DNA of 62,802 bases, the filler included. It is 12 parts of 12 records of this genome, joined end to end, with 100 filler letters (N's around TTAATTAATTAA, not from the genome) between each part and the next. Parts side by side here need not be neighbours in the genome. Positions count along the whole stretch, not along the records: positions 46,506 to 52,937 come from SRR15195285_3550; positions 53,038 to 56,944 come from SRR15195285_3557; positions 57,045 to 62,802 come from SRR15195285_3559; 9 more parts are not named here. The stretch is one strand, 5' to 3'. Positions 47,070-58,568 of this stretch are shown here, piece by piece. The notes under the pieces are model-generated. The model was not told where the DNA came from. It did no database searches and saw only the letters and a program-made list of their open reading frames with translations. Both the position numbers and the translations under genes were made by a program. Numbering within the stretch: position 1 is the first letter of the stretch; every line of letters starts with the position of its first letter.

Positions 47070-47936
47070 ATGGCTAAGAGTAGACAAATATTAATAAAAA
47101 AACACAGTGGTGAACAGGAACCCTTTAATTCAGAACAATTACTGCATGCACTGGGTAAAGCAGGTGCAAATGAAAGATTAGCCACCGATATTCTCATAGA
47201 TATTGAAAGCAGGCTGTATGATGGAATCCCGACTAAAAAAATTTATAAAATGGCCATGAGTAAATTAAAAAGTCGTTCGAAGCCTATGGCAGCCAGATTT
47301 CATTTGAAACAGGCAATTATGGAATTAGGACCATCCGGTTTCCCTTTTGAGAATTTTATTGCCGCTTTATTGAAAGAACAAGGTTATGCCGTACAGGTAG
47401 GCATTACAGTGCGGGGTAAATGCGTAAAGCATGAAGTAGATGTAATTGCAGAAAAGGACAACCAGCATTTTATGATTGAATGTAAATACCACAATCAGCC
47501 AGGGAATGTAACAAACGTAAAAATTCCGCTCTACATACATTCCCGGTTTAGGGATGTTGAAGAACAATGGAAGCAAATACCAGGGCATGGTATGAAATTC
47601 CACCAGGGCTGGGTGGTTACCAATACAAGATTAACAACAGATGCGATTCAATATGGCTCATGTGCTTGTCTGCATCTGTGGTCGTGGGATTACCCCTTTG
47701 GTAAGGGACTGAAAGATATTATCGACGAAACAGGTTTGTATCCCCTAACCTGTCTTACCACATTAAGTGTACATGAAAAAAATGAATTATTAAATAGGCA
47801 TATCGTAATGTGTAAAGAACTCTGTCACAATCCGCAATTATTATCACAAATCGGTATTAAAGGCGATAGAGCTGATAGGATTATCAGGGAAGGTAATGAA
47901 TTATGTCATTCACTCATCCAAAAAAAACTTCACTAA
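47070..47936 (+). CDS. ATP-cone plus Mrr-like PD-(D/E)xK restriction-endonuclease-domain protein
   Basis: IKKHSGEQEPFNSEQL (ATP cone), LGPSGFPFE, HEVDVIAEK...IECKYH. Confidence 0.85.
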   Translation: MAKSRQILIKKHSGEQEPFNSEQLLHALGKAGANERLATDILIDIESRLYDGIPTKKIYKMAMSKLKSRSKPMAARFHLKQAIMELGPSGFPFENFIAALLKEQGYAVQVGITVRGKCVKHEVDVIAEKDNQHFMIECKYHNQPGNVTNVKIPLYIHSRFRDVEEQWKQIPGHGMKFHQGWVVTNTRLTTDAIQYGSCACLHLWSWDYPFGKGLKDIIDETGLYPLTCLTTLSVHEKNELLNRHIVMCKELCHNPQLLSQIGIKGDRADRIIREGNELCHSLIQKKLH

Positions 47937-47988
47937 TGTATCAGTCAGATAATTTATAATTATTAAAAAGATAAAAAATCAATTCAAA

Positions 47989-48426
47989 ATGAAAACGAAA
48001 TATTATTCCCCGATTATTTTTGCTCTTATTCTGTTTGCTTTAATCTCATGCAATTCAGATAGTAAGAGCACAGCAAAAAATACTTTTAATACGGTAATAT
48101 TTTCCGACTCTGGCATCACAAAACTTCCAAACAATGAAGTGTGTATGGTTAACAACAGATTTATGAATTCTGTTCAGATTGCAGTTCCATTAAATAATAA
48201 AATATACTACGGCTGCTGCGAAGGATGTGTAAAAACGTTGAATGAAGATTCTACTTCCCGGTTTACCTCTGACCCTCTTTCCAGGGAACAGGTTGATAAA
48301 TCAATAGCTTTTATAATTGGTAAGCCAGGCTCTAAGGAAGATGTATTGTATTTTAAATCAGAAACAAATGCAAAGGAATATTTCGAAAAACATTTTAAAC
48401 AAAGTCATAGTTCAAAAGCAAATTAG
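47989..48426 (+). CDS. TRASH/YHS-like metal-binding lipoprotein
   Basis: Lipobox LISC, VCMVNNRFM, YYGCCEGC, DPLS. Confidence 0.8.
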   Translation: MKTKYYSPIIFALILFALISCNSDSKSTAKNTFNTVIFSDSGITKLPNNEVCMVNNRFMNSVQIAVPLNNKIYYGCCEGCVKTLNEDSTSRFTSDPLSREQVDKSIAFIIGKPGSKEDVLYFKSETNAKEYFEKHFKQSHSSKAN

Positions 48427-48483
48427 TAACGGCATGTTATAGTATTATCAGTACAGACAGTCATAGCATTAAATAAATTTAAA

Positions 48484-49470
48484 ATGGATACGGTAATATA
48501 CAGTACACACAAATTTGAAAAGGAGTATCTGCTAAAAGCAAATGACAGTAAACACAATCTAAGGTTATTGGATGTTCCTCTAACAAGTGAAACAGCTTAT
48601 TTAGCAAAAGGCGCTAAAGCCGTATCCATATTTGTAAATGATGATGCGTCTGCTCCTGTAATAGAAAAGCTAAGTGAAGCAGGCATAAGATTTCTTGTAC
48701 TTCGCTCTGCCGGGTACAATCATGTTAATCTTGAAAAGGCAAAACAATTAGGCTTCCGTACTGCAAGAGTGCCTGCTTATTCTCCCTATGCAGTAGCAGA
48801 ACATACGGTAGCATTAATGCTGGCATTAAACCGTAAACTTATCCGTGCCAATAACCGGGTACATGATTTAAATTTTTCATTAGATGGTTTGACTGGGTTT
48901 GATATGCACGGTAAAACGGTGGGCATTATAGGTACAGGGCAAATAGGAGCAGTTGTTGCCAGGATACTATATGGATTTGATTGTAAAATCCTTGCTACAG
49001 ACCAGGTAGAGAATGAAATGCTTAAAGAAAAATATGGTGTTATTTATACAGATTACGAAAGAATATATAAAGAGTCGGATATCATAACGCTGCATGTGCC
49101 TCTTACACCTGCTACCCGTTACATGATTTGTAATGAATCTATTAGTAAAATGAAATCCGGTGTAATGCTCATCAATACCAGCCGGGGAGCTTTAATTAAT
49201 ACTAAGGATGTAATTGTTGGTCTTAAAAACCGGCAAATCGGTTACCTGGGTATTGATGTTTATGAAGAAGAGTCTGGATTATTTTTTGAAGACCATTCTG
49301 AAGATGTGTTGCAGGATGATACCATTTCAAGATTACTGACATTTAATAATGTGCTTATTACAAGTCATCAGGCTTTTTTAACTGACACAGCTTTGGACAA
49401 TATTACTTCAACCACTATTTATAACCTGAATTGTTTTGAAAACAGCAGTAGCTGTGAAAATGAATTATAG
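48484..49470 (+). CDS. ldhA: D-lactate dehydrogenase / D-2-hydroxyacid dehydrogenase
   Basis: LRSAGYNHV, RVPAYSPYAVAEH, GIIGTGQIG, LINTSRG, DVYEEE, TSHQAFLT. Confidence 0.92.
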   Translation: MDTVIYSTHKFEKEYLLKANDSKHNLRLLDVPLTSETAYLAKGAKAVSIFVNDDASAPVIEKLSEAGIRFLVLRSAGYNHVNLEKAKQLGFRTARVPAYSPYAVAEHTVALMLALNRKLIRANNRVHDLNFSLDGLTGFDMHGKTVGIIGTGQIGAVVARILYGFDCKILATDQVENEMLKEKYGVIYTDYERIYKESDIITLHVPLTPATRYMICNESISKMKSGVMLINTSRGALINTKDVIVGLKNRQIGYLGIDVYEEESGLFFEDHSEDVLQDDTISRLLTFNNVLITSHQAFLTDTALDNITSTTIYNLNCFENSSSCENEL

Positions 49471-49505
49471 AAAATAGAAAAGTAAACGATATAAATATTT
49501 ATTTC

Positions 49506-50762
49506 ATGAAAAAAGCATTTTATTTATTTTTTGGCCTCACAGTCCAATTTGTTCTTCCGGCTCATGCTCAAAAAACATCAGACATTAATTCAATTCTGGA
49601 TTCAATTCAGTTGAGTAATCCCACTTTGAAAATGTATGATGCGGAAGTTCGTTCCTTAGATGAAGCTGCAAAGGGGGCCAAAAGCTGGATGGCCCCGGAA
49701 CTATCATCAGGATTTTTCATGGTGCCCTATGCCCCCCGTTACTGGAAGTCAATGAACGGGCAACCCGGCATGGGACAATATACCATAGCAGCACAACAAA
49801 TCATACCCAATCCTAAGCGGTTAAATGCAGATTATAAATACATGTCATCTATGTCATCTGTAGAAAAGGAAAAGAAAAGTTATACATTAAATCAACTATA
49901 TGCAGATGCAAAGAAGAATTATTATGAATGGATCGTAATCAAAAAGCAGTTGTTGATTTTAGATGATAATGAAAAGCTTTTAAACTATATGATTCAAAGT
50001 GCTGAGATACGGTATAAAAACGGGCTTGAAAAGATTAACGCATACTACAAAGCAAAGGCGGCTCTTGCAAATGTACAAAGTATGAGGATTATGCTGGAGA
50101 ATGAAATAAAACAAAGGAAATATAACATCAATACACTAATGTACAGGGATAAAACGATTGAATTTGATATTGATACTTCTTATACCGTGAAAGACTACCA
50201 GAACATTACATTTGATACTACATTATTTGTAACTAACCGAAGCGATATAAAAGCTATTGAAAAAGAAATGTATGTGAATATACTAAAGCAGGAAACTGAA
50301 AGAACAAGGCTGTTGCCGGAGTTTGGATTCCGGTTTGAAAATGCCTACGGTTGGGCTCGGCAGCCCATGCAATTTACAGCAATGGCGATGGTGCGTTTGC
50401 CAATGGCCCGCTGGTCGGCTAAAATGAATAAAGCCAATATTGAAAGCCTGAAATGGAAAAACGAATCATTGAACCAGCAAAAGCAAATGATTTTAAATGA
50501 ATCAACCGGTATGGCTTATGGCATGCGGACTGACATCCTCAATAAAAACAAACAAATCAAATTATATGAAGAAAAAATCCTTCCTGCCCTTCGCAGAAAC
50601 TATCAAACTTATCAACTGGCTTATGAGCAAAATACAGAGGAACTGTTTCAATTATTTGATGCATGGGAAACATTAAACATGACCCAGCTTGAATATTTAA
50701 AGCAATTACAGGAATTGCTGACCATGCAGGTTGAACTGGAAAGGATATTACAAATAAAATAA
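49506..50762 (+). CDS. TolC/CusC-family outer-membrane efflux protein
   Basis: Signal peptide, helical OEP repeats, Met-rich segments, located in a metal-efflux context. Confidence 0.85.
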   Translation: MKKAFYLFFGLTVQFVLPAHAQKTSDINSILDSIQLSNPTLKMYDAEVRSLDEAAKGAKSWMAPELSSGFFMVPYAPRYWKSMNGQPGMGQYTIAAQQIIPNPKRLNADYKYMSSMSSVEKEKKSYTLNQLYADAKKNYYEWIVIKKQLLILDDNEKLLNYMIQSAEIRYKNGLEKINAYYKAKAALANVQSMRIMLENEIKQRKYNINTLMYRDKTIEFDIDTSYTVKDYQNITFDTTLFVTNRSDIKAIEKEMYVNILKQETERTRLLPEFGFRFENAYGWARQPMQFTAMAMVRLPMARWSAKMNKANIESLKWKNESLNQQKQMILNESTGMAYGMRTDILNKNKQIKLYEEKILPALRRNYQTYQLAYEQNTEELFQLFDAWETLNMTQLEYLKQLQELLTMQVELERILQIK

Positions 50763-50790
50763 TTAATTATTAACATAAAATCTTTCAATT

Positions 50791-51615
50791 ATGAAACGCA
50801 GAGAGTTTATCAAAAACACAGGATTTGGTGCAGGCAGCATTTTAACAGCAGGTTCCATCGCAACCATCCTGGCAGCATGCAAAAAAAACAAGATGATGGA
50901 TGACGGGGGCATGAATATGGGCAGCCAGCCAGTTCCCGTAACAGAAGGGAATTTCAGCAGGTTACTGCCTATTCCCAACACGGTAACAGGCAATACAGCA
51001 TTAACGGCCCAGGCAACAATGGCAAATATCAATGGCAACAATATTTCTGTATTGGGCTACCAGGCCAATGGGATATTGGGCCCCACTATCCGTGTTAACA
51101 GTGGCGTTAATGCCAACATTAATTTTCAGAATAACCTTTCTGAAAAAACCAATATCCACTGGCACGGTTTAAAAATACCGGCTAATATGGATGGCCATCC
51201 CGAAGCACTTGTAAACCCAGGCAGCAGTTTTAATTACCAGTTCCCCATTAATCAACGTGCAGGACTAAGCTGGTATCATCCACATCCTGACGGGGCAACA
51301 GCAAGACAGGCATTCCGGGGTTTAGCCGGTTTGTTTATAATTAACGATGCAGAAGAAGCAGCTTTAAACCTGCCCTCCGGTATTTATGAAATCCCCTTAG
51401 TAATACAGGACAAACGACTTACCGCATCCGGCATTACTTATAACCCTTCTATGGGAGAAGTAATGTCAGGCTATATGGGCGAAACAATTATTGTAAATGG
51501 AGAAGCATCTCCTTATACAGAGGTAGCAACAAGATTTTACAGGTTACGGATATTAAATGGTTCTAATACCCGGTGTTGTAAATGGATGGACACAACCTAT
51601 CATCAATCGTATTAA
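50791..51615 (+). pseudogene. Multicopper oxidase (CueO/CotA-like), N-terminal half only
   Basis: Tat signal MKRREFIK, HWHG and WYHPH copper motifs. Similarity ends at RLRILNGSNTR (~51573), and the C-terminal copper motifs are absent. Confidence 0.88.
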
Positions 51616-52783
51616 TATGCTTTCAACTGGCATCCGTACCGATGTTGGAATTAAAGTGTTTGGTCAGAATTTAGATACTATTTATGCTTTTGCACAGCAG
51701 GTAGAAAAAGCACTAAGAGGTACTCCCGGTGTTAAAGATCTGTATGTAGAACCCATAAGTGGTGGAAAATATATTGATATAGCCATAAAACGGGAAGAAA
51801 TCGGAAGATATGGATTAAGCACGGACGATGTAAATGCGGTGGTAGAGAGTGCACTGGGCGGTATGCGGCTTACCACTACCATTGAAGGCCGCCAGCGTTT
51901 TTCTGTGAATGCACGTTTTGCCCAGGATTTCCGAAATAATATCCAGGCATTAAAAAGACTGCAGGTGCAAACAATGAGCTACGGTCCTATACCGCTGGAA
52001 GCAGTGGCAGATGTAAAAATTACTGAAGGCCCCCCGATGATTAATTCGGAAAATGCCATGCTTAGAGGGACTGTGCTTTTTAATGTAAGAGAAAGAGATC
52101 TTGCCAGTACTGTAGAGGAAGCACAAAAAAAGCTGAGTGCCATGATTACAAAAATGCCAAAAGGTTATTATCTCAACTGGAGTGGCAATTATGAAAACCT
52201 GATACGTGGTGAAAAAACACTAAAAATGATATTGCCCATTGTATTGGTAATCATTTTTATGTGTATGTATTTTGCCTTTCACTCTGCAAGGGAGGCTTTC
52301 TTTAGCCTTATCTCTATTCCTTTTGCCCTGATTGGCGGAGCCTATTTTGTTTATTTCTGGGGAGTGAATCTTTCGGTAGCTGTATCGGTTGGCTTTATTG
52401 CATTGTTTGGTTTAGCGGTAGAAACAGGTATTGTAATGGTAATTTACCTAAACGATGCGATGCAGCAATTAGTTGCTAAAAAAGGGAATTCCCGGGAAAC
52501 AATTACTAAAGCTGATTTAAAAGAATACGTAATAGCAGGCGCTGCCAAAAGGCTAAGACCTAAGTTGATGACGGTTAGTGTTTCGTTATTTGGTTTAGTT
52601 CCAATTCTTTGGAGTACTGGTGTAGGCAGTGATGTAATGATACCTATAGTACTACCGATGATTGGTGGCGTATTGACTTCATCTACTCATATTCTCTTGG
52701 TAACACCATTGATATTTTTAATGCAAAAGGAATATGAATTAAGAAAGCACGGGAAAATCGAAGTAATGGAAACGCATCATTAA
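51565..52783 (+). pseudogene. cusA: CusA/CzcA-family heavy-metal RND permease, C-terminal ~400 aa only
   Basis: IPGVVNGWTQPIINRINMLSTG, GFIALFGLAVETG, RLRPKLMT, PMIGG. Full-length members are about 1,000+ aa. Confidence 0.88.
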
Positions 52784-52794
52784 AAATAAGAGAC

Positions 52795-52937
52795 ATGAGA
52801 ATAAGTACAACATATTTTATAAAAAACTGCGTCATAATTAGTATTGCATTATTTGTACTGGCAGGATGCAGTCAAAAAATGTACAAAGATATACAAGCCA
52901 ACTATGACCGGTCTGCAGATTTTAAACAGTATAAGAC
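52795..52937 (+). CDS. DUF4136-family lipoprotein, N-terminal part (continues at 46536)
   Basis: Signal peptide and LAGC lipobox. RSADFKQYK overlaps the contig start in frame. Confidence 0.85.
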
Positions 52938-53197
52938 NNNNNNNNNNNNNNNNNNNNNNNNNNNNNNNNNNNNNNNNNNNNTTAATTAATTAANNNNNNN
53001 NNNNNNNNNNNNNNNNNNNNNNNNNNNNNNNNNNNNNGGATTGAGAATTGAATGGGGCTTTGTGTACGGTACCATAGCCGCGCGGTCGTCGCACGCAAGT
53101 CGCTCGAATTATTACACGCGCTCGCGCCCGCTCACGCATACGCACGCGCGCCGGCGCGCCGGTGCGTGCGTGGCGCCGCTGAGCGCCCGCCGGTCTC

Positions 53198-54458
53198 ATG
53201 CTGCGCTTGCTGCTGCGACCCAGCGCTAAGTCGAAACTACGATACACATGCTGCTGTGACACATCAGTGGTCAGATTACTCCACCAGCAGGCAGCTGCAG
53301 TGACGCGCCGGCCCTGCGCCGACGAGCTCGAATTTGCGCGCAGAGTTGCGTCTGCGCGTGGAGAGAACTCGGCCGAGGAGATCAGCCGCGCCGCTTGGAC
53401 TGTCAGTACCCACTCTGCTCAATGATTCTCCAGTGAGTTTCCACCAATTTTGATCGACGAGACGTATTGTTGAGCAGGTCATGCAGGTGTTGCGGCTGCC
53501 TCCCTCGCAAGAGGCTACCAACACTGATGCGTGGTCAGTGCCGCTTGCCATGCTGCTACGCTCGCTGGTGGAGTATCCATCCTGGCTCGTTCCCACGTCA
53601 AACCAGGGTGCGAAGGAGGTGTTGCAAACTCTGATCGACCAGAGCGGCCAGCCACTTCTGGTGGCTTGCGCAGGGCAAGCGAATCTCGAGGCTGTGCCGT
53701 CGCCTGCGGCAAGCTCGCAAACAGTGCACCAACCTGAGATTCGTGGGATCCGGACGATGCCTGGAATAGAGTTGGTGTTTCGATGGCATCAGGCGCATGT
53801 TCAGTCCTCCGCAGAGGCTCCGGCACAGGAAGTGCCGAACAGCGGCGACAATCGCGAGCAAGCTTCCCGAGGACTCCATGGCGTGGTGCTGAACCCTGCA
53901 TCAGAGGGTGGAGCGGACGCGATCCTAAACGAGATGGTGCTACCACATTTAGTGGGCTTTGCAGCCGCACAGCGCACGGAGGCCGCGCTGGCCAATCTCG
54001 CCTCCTGGATCCCAGAACCAGTGGCTGAAACTGCTCCAAACGAGGCGTTGCAGATCATTGACGAGTTCGAGTCTTTCGTCGCGCTGTTGCACATTGCTCC
54101 AGATGGCGAACAGCATCTGCAGACGAGCTCGTCTGGCGAGGCGCTGCTATATACTGGCGCAGACTTAGTTGGACGCGCTTCGGAGCTGCTGCTACAGAGT
54201 CATGCTGCTGATTTAGACGGCGAGTGGCGCACCGTCCGTGTACCCCTCCGTCAAGTTATCAAAGCATCAGCCGTCCAAGGTGGTGCAGGGGTGGAGTTCG
54301 TCTACGGGTGGAACCGTTCCGTGGTGGGAGCGAACGAGATGGTGTCGTTGCGCTTTCCATCTGCACAATTGCTGATAGATCTCTTTGCCGCTGCTGGGTG
54401 CGACCTCATGCGTGACGGTGCACCACCAAAAGCTAAGCCAATTGCACCTGGATTGTAA
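53198..54458 (+). CDS. Hypothetical protein with SseB-like domain and a mitochondrial-type presequence, 2 exons
   Basis: Exon 1 MLRLLLRPSAKSKLR. Phase-0 intron 53402-53477. WLVP...MPGIEL...GVVLNP pattern. Confidence 0.6.
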
Positions 54459-54558
54459 GAAGGCAAAATGCATTGTATCGATCCATCAGTCCTTGCTGGA
54501 CAACAACTATTTAGTGCTGTCTCATGTCACCTGGGTCGTGCCGCCAAGTGCTGCGTTG

Positions 54559-56776
54559 CTAAAGGCAAGGCGCTTTTTCAGTAGGCGTCTCGTGCTGCAC
54601 CGTTGTGTCGCGGTTGTTGTTGATGAACGTCGTATAGATATACGGCTTCCCTGCCTCGATGGTAGTTGTGGGCGTGCGTGGCAAGGTCACCTGCACCGTT
54701 GCCTCATAACAAGGCCGTGTAGGGCAGGACCGGGTAATCTTGGGAATGTTTTCAGTTACTCGCATACCCTAACGTCGTTACACATTCAAACGTCGTCAGC
54801 TTCTACTCAACTATGAATCAATAAGAAAGTACGGGGCAGTGCCCGCAGTGTCGACGCACGAGTTTGAATGTTTCAGGGTGTTCGCTGGCGTATTCCAGCG
54901 CGTCAAGATCACACGTGTCGCTTGTGGTGAGGTCGAGGTTGCACAATGTGGAATTCAGCAGTGTGTGAACTTCTGTTGCGTAGCTTCCTGCGGCACAACG
55001 AAAGTATACATTAGGCTGAGCAGACTAGCAATGGGCCAGAAAGTGCTTGTAGACGTAGTATTGCGCTCGTGTTGAGGCCTACATCAAGGTCTGTGGCCAT
55101 CCATCCGATAAAGCGCACAGTGCGCCTGCATTGTATGCATGCACACAGAGCAACTTACCGTTGTGGTCGGTTGCGTAAGCCATCTGCGCTAGATGGAGTG
55201 ACTTGGCAACGTGCCGCCCTGGCCACTCGATGTTCCTACATAGTGTCTCTCCTGACTCGTTTGCAAACTGCACTAGTGGGAATGAGGACGGCCGGTGCAT
55301 GTATCCGACTCCTGGATGAGCATCGCCGACAGGACCCCAGACCCATTCCCAGTAACTCCCAAGCACTGTGGGCCATGTCTGTTTTATGTCGGCTCCACCT
55401 TCCGTAATGTTGACGGCGTGCTCGAGGTCGGCGGTGCAATTCTTAGGGCATACTTGCTTGGTCCCGTCTGGCATAGTGTATGTGCGCGGATGTTCGGCAC
55501 GTGCGAAGTTCACCCACCAGTACCGAGGGCGTCCAGGTCCTGCATCGCCGAGCGATGGATCGTACTGATTCCACTCTTTCTGTCGCACTGGGTCTGTCAC
55601 GGCACAGTCGATTCCACCAGTCACGCTGCAACCAGGTGAAGCTGGGTACTCAGACGGCCTAAGCAGCAGTGCAGGGGCTACTGCTCACCTGAGTCGGTCA
55701 GCCCACCGTGCGACACAGGATACCCGCCAGCCTCAGTCCAGTAATTTGGAGTTTGTCGGATCGGAAACCGGATCTCAGCCGACCACTGGGAGTATGGGAA
55801 GCTGTAGTGCTCGTACGTCTCCCACGAGGTCGCTGTGACCATGCCAGTATCTTCTGCTGGTACGGGCCAGGCGGTAGTGCCACGCGTCCCAGGCGTAAGC
55901 GAGCTGTTCATTAATGCTGGCATTGTATTTCTGGTTCCAAGTCGCTCTTTCATCGGCCCCGGGTGCAATTTGGTCACCATAGTCCAATTCCCGTTGTAGC
56001 CAGGAAACGAGGTGTTGACACAGGTGGGCAGCGCCGGCCAGGAGGCGCCAGTGTTGTCACACTTGAGAGGAGTACCATCCGGTTTGCCCCACTTGATGTC
56101 GTATGTCGCATTTTGCGCAGACATTTCGTACTCCATATAGTACTGGGTCGTCCCACTAACGTCGATGAAGATCTCGAAATCCTGCCCACGGCCATGTAGA
56201 GGTACCATGTTGGATGAAGTGCAGGGCGCTCGGGAGAACACAACGCAACGTGCTGCAGACTTACATTATCAGGTGAGTACGGGGCATGATCATTGTGGCC
56301 CGTGTTTTCGGCAGTGATGTAGCTCTCGTGTAAAACTGCGCCGACGTAGAAATAGTCGTCGTCCCAGCGAATCTTGACGCGTGCCTGCAGATCATTTGGA
56401 ATTGCGTTGAGCTGCTGATTCTCGTGGCGCGTGATGTCCACCATGTCATACGTCCACTCAGCGTTCTCCCAGGCCGCCTCGTCAAGATTCCCATCAATGG
56501 TGATCTTCTCCGAAGGCGCCAATTTTCGAGTCACGTACTGGCTCGGATATCTGTTCCGGCACCACCCAGTCAGTCTCAGAGCGCGGTAAAGAGCTCGTGG
56601 CGGCGGGATTTTGCAGGCAGGAGTGATGGAGAAGATCGACCTGGCAATATTCGTGCCGCATCCACAATGCGGACGGTGATGACTTACTGGTCTAGCATTC
56701 GCCAGTCCTGTACTGCGCAGGCGCAGCTCATCACGGATGCAAAGCAGGCGACACTGAATGCGAGAGAGGCGTGCAT
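54559..56776 (-). CDS. Secreted CBM9/DOMON-like carbohydrate-binding protein, multi-exon
   Basis: Signal peptide. ITIDGNLDEAAW, VKIRWDDDYFYVGA, DN-DFEIFID, YYMEYEM, WSAEIRFP, WWVNFAR, WVW..MHRP. Confidence 0.85.
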
Positions 56777-57044
56777 AGCTGCCCACCAGGTGCACTGAAG
56801 TGAATGGTCGAGTAGCGCACCGGCGCTCCGCTGCGTGCGCAGAGCGGGCCGCGCGCGCGCCACGCACCGCGCATGCACGCGCCGCCGCCGCCGCCGCGCC
56901 CGCGGACAAAAACACACGTCCCTGTTAAAACACCGATGACTGAGNNNNNNNNNNNNNNNNNNNNNNNNNNNNNNNNNNNNNNNNNNNNTTAATTAATTAA
57001 NNNNNNNNNNNNNNNNNNNNNNNNNNNNNNNNNNNNNNNNNNNN

Positions 57045-57608
57045 AAGGAGCGCACCGAGAAGTCGGGCTTGCTGTGGACTCCAGCAGAGGTTCATGCTGA
57101 GAAGATGAAATTGCAGCCGGAGAAACAGAAGAAGCAGAAATTGCAGCCGCAGGTTGTGGATGTCATGACCGACCTCGAGGAGCAGGGCTGCCGCGATGGT
57201 CCGGCTTCTGCTGGTACCAGTAAGCCAAAACACAGCGCTTACTGGTACCAGCAGAACGGGCCTGAGAACAGTTGGCTCATCAAGGAGTCGCGGCAATTGA
57301 CCCGCGAGCAGCTTGCTCAGTCTGTCGGTTACGATTTAGCGTTAGATGGTGACATCAACCGTGACACTTTTTGGGACAATTTCGACAGTATGGTCGAGAC
57401 AGCGCTCGCACAGCCAGTTCCGACGCTCAGTTGCCGCGAGTGCCCAGCTGCTGCGACGTACGGCTTGCCAGGTGAGAAGCTTGCAGGGGCGACGTATTGT
57501 AAGAAGTGTGCTGCGAAATGGGCGCCGCAGTTCGTTAATTTGGATATTGCTCGCTCGGTCGAGGGTGTGTGCCATAGTCTGATTGCAGAGGCGTTGGAGA
57601 TGGAGTGA
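57045..57608 (+). CDS. Fragmentary hypothetical protein with one EsV-1-7-like Cys motif
   Basis: CRECPAAATYGLPG...YCKKCA...FVNL. The surrounding DNA looks degenerate. Confidence 0.35.
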   Translation, partial: KERTEKSGLLWTPAEVHAEKMKLQPEKQKKQKLQPQVVDVMTDLEEQGCRDGPASAGTSKPKHSAYWYQQNGPENSWLIKESRQLTREQLAQSVGYDLALDGDINRDTFWDNFDSMVETALAQPVPTLSCRECPAAATYGLPGEKLAGATYCKKCAAKWAPQFVNLDIARSVEGVCHSLIAEALEME

Positions 57609-58480
57609 CTGTTCGAGGCCCCGTCTAAAAAAGGGAGCAAGTTCGTCCTGCAGCAAACGCTTACTGACTACGTCGACAAGTCTTGGCAGCACCCGGTGCA
57701 TGAGGAAAACGCCGCTGCCGCAGGCGATATCCCCGGGGACGACGCGCCTGAGGCGAACGACAAAAAACGATCCGCGCAAGAGCTCACAGACACGGTTCAC
57801 GTGAGCAGCAACAAAAAGCGCTGAACACGCCTTCAAGTGCCGTTCACTCTCACTTGCTGTTCGAGGCCCCGTCTGCCGGTTGTTTCGCGACGATATGTTC
57901 ATCACAACCGCCTCGCAATTGCGCGAGGAAGGGGCGAGGGCCTGCACCAGGGTCAGCCGGCCGGCCTCACCGGCTCCCTACCCGGCCTATTGTATGCTTG
58001 CGCACCTACACATAAACGCCACATTCATTCGTGACATTCTATTGTGGTGATATAAGCGAGAGTCTTGACGACAACCACTCTCCCATCCTGACACAGGACA
58101 TTTACACAGCACCTCACACTCAACCTTTGTCCTGTTCCTGGTTCACTATCACTAGGCTGCAAATTTTCAAATCGCAACACAGTTGACCAGACCGCAGTAG
58201 AAGTAGTTCGCTCGGTTTCTCGGCCTCACCGGTCACTGTCAACTTCCCACTCCCTTGGATGCGCACCCCGACGACCCGCCGTCGGCGCGGTCGCCGGCAC
58301 GCGTGCGACTCGAGAAGGCTGCGCTCTGCGATATTGGTTCTTTGGCTGGTATAACACGGTCGAAGAGGATCGTCGGGATGGTGCTCCGTTGAGAAGGAGG
58401 TCAAACGCAAGGGAGGGCGCAAGGAGCGTCAGTGCGTCACGCATGAAGGACGACATTCTGACCAAGACTTGTGAGAACAT

Positions 58481-58568
58481 ACTGAGAACTAACGGGAGAA
58501 CTGACACCTGAGAACTGAAATCTGAGAACTGGGAACTGGGAACTGCCCGGGTTGAATTCTGACTGCCC
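58481..58568. repeat. Degenerate GAGAACTG/GGAACTG short-repeat cluster
   Basis: About 6 copies of (GA)GAACT(G), ending in TTGAATTCTGACTGCCC. Confidence 0.7.

Larger units (their letters stand above)
46506..52937. other. Bacterial (Bacteroidetes-like) contig that closes as a 6,402-bp circle
   Basis: AT-rich, intronless, operon-like. The first and last 30 nt are identical (CCGGTCTGCAGATTTTAAACAGTATAAGAC). Confidence 0.92.

Noticed and set aside
46406-53037. Bacterial operon as a horizontal insertion in the eukaryote chromosome
   Set aside because: It is a separate contig bounded by linkers and closes on itself. There is no physical junction with eukaryotic DNA.
6281-57044. Regularly recurring TTAATTAATTAA motif as a biological repeat or CRISPR array
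   Set aside because: It is always flanked by exactly 44 Ns on each side, so it is a concatenation linker. ORFs ending in X...LIN are artefacts.
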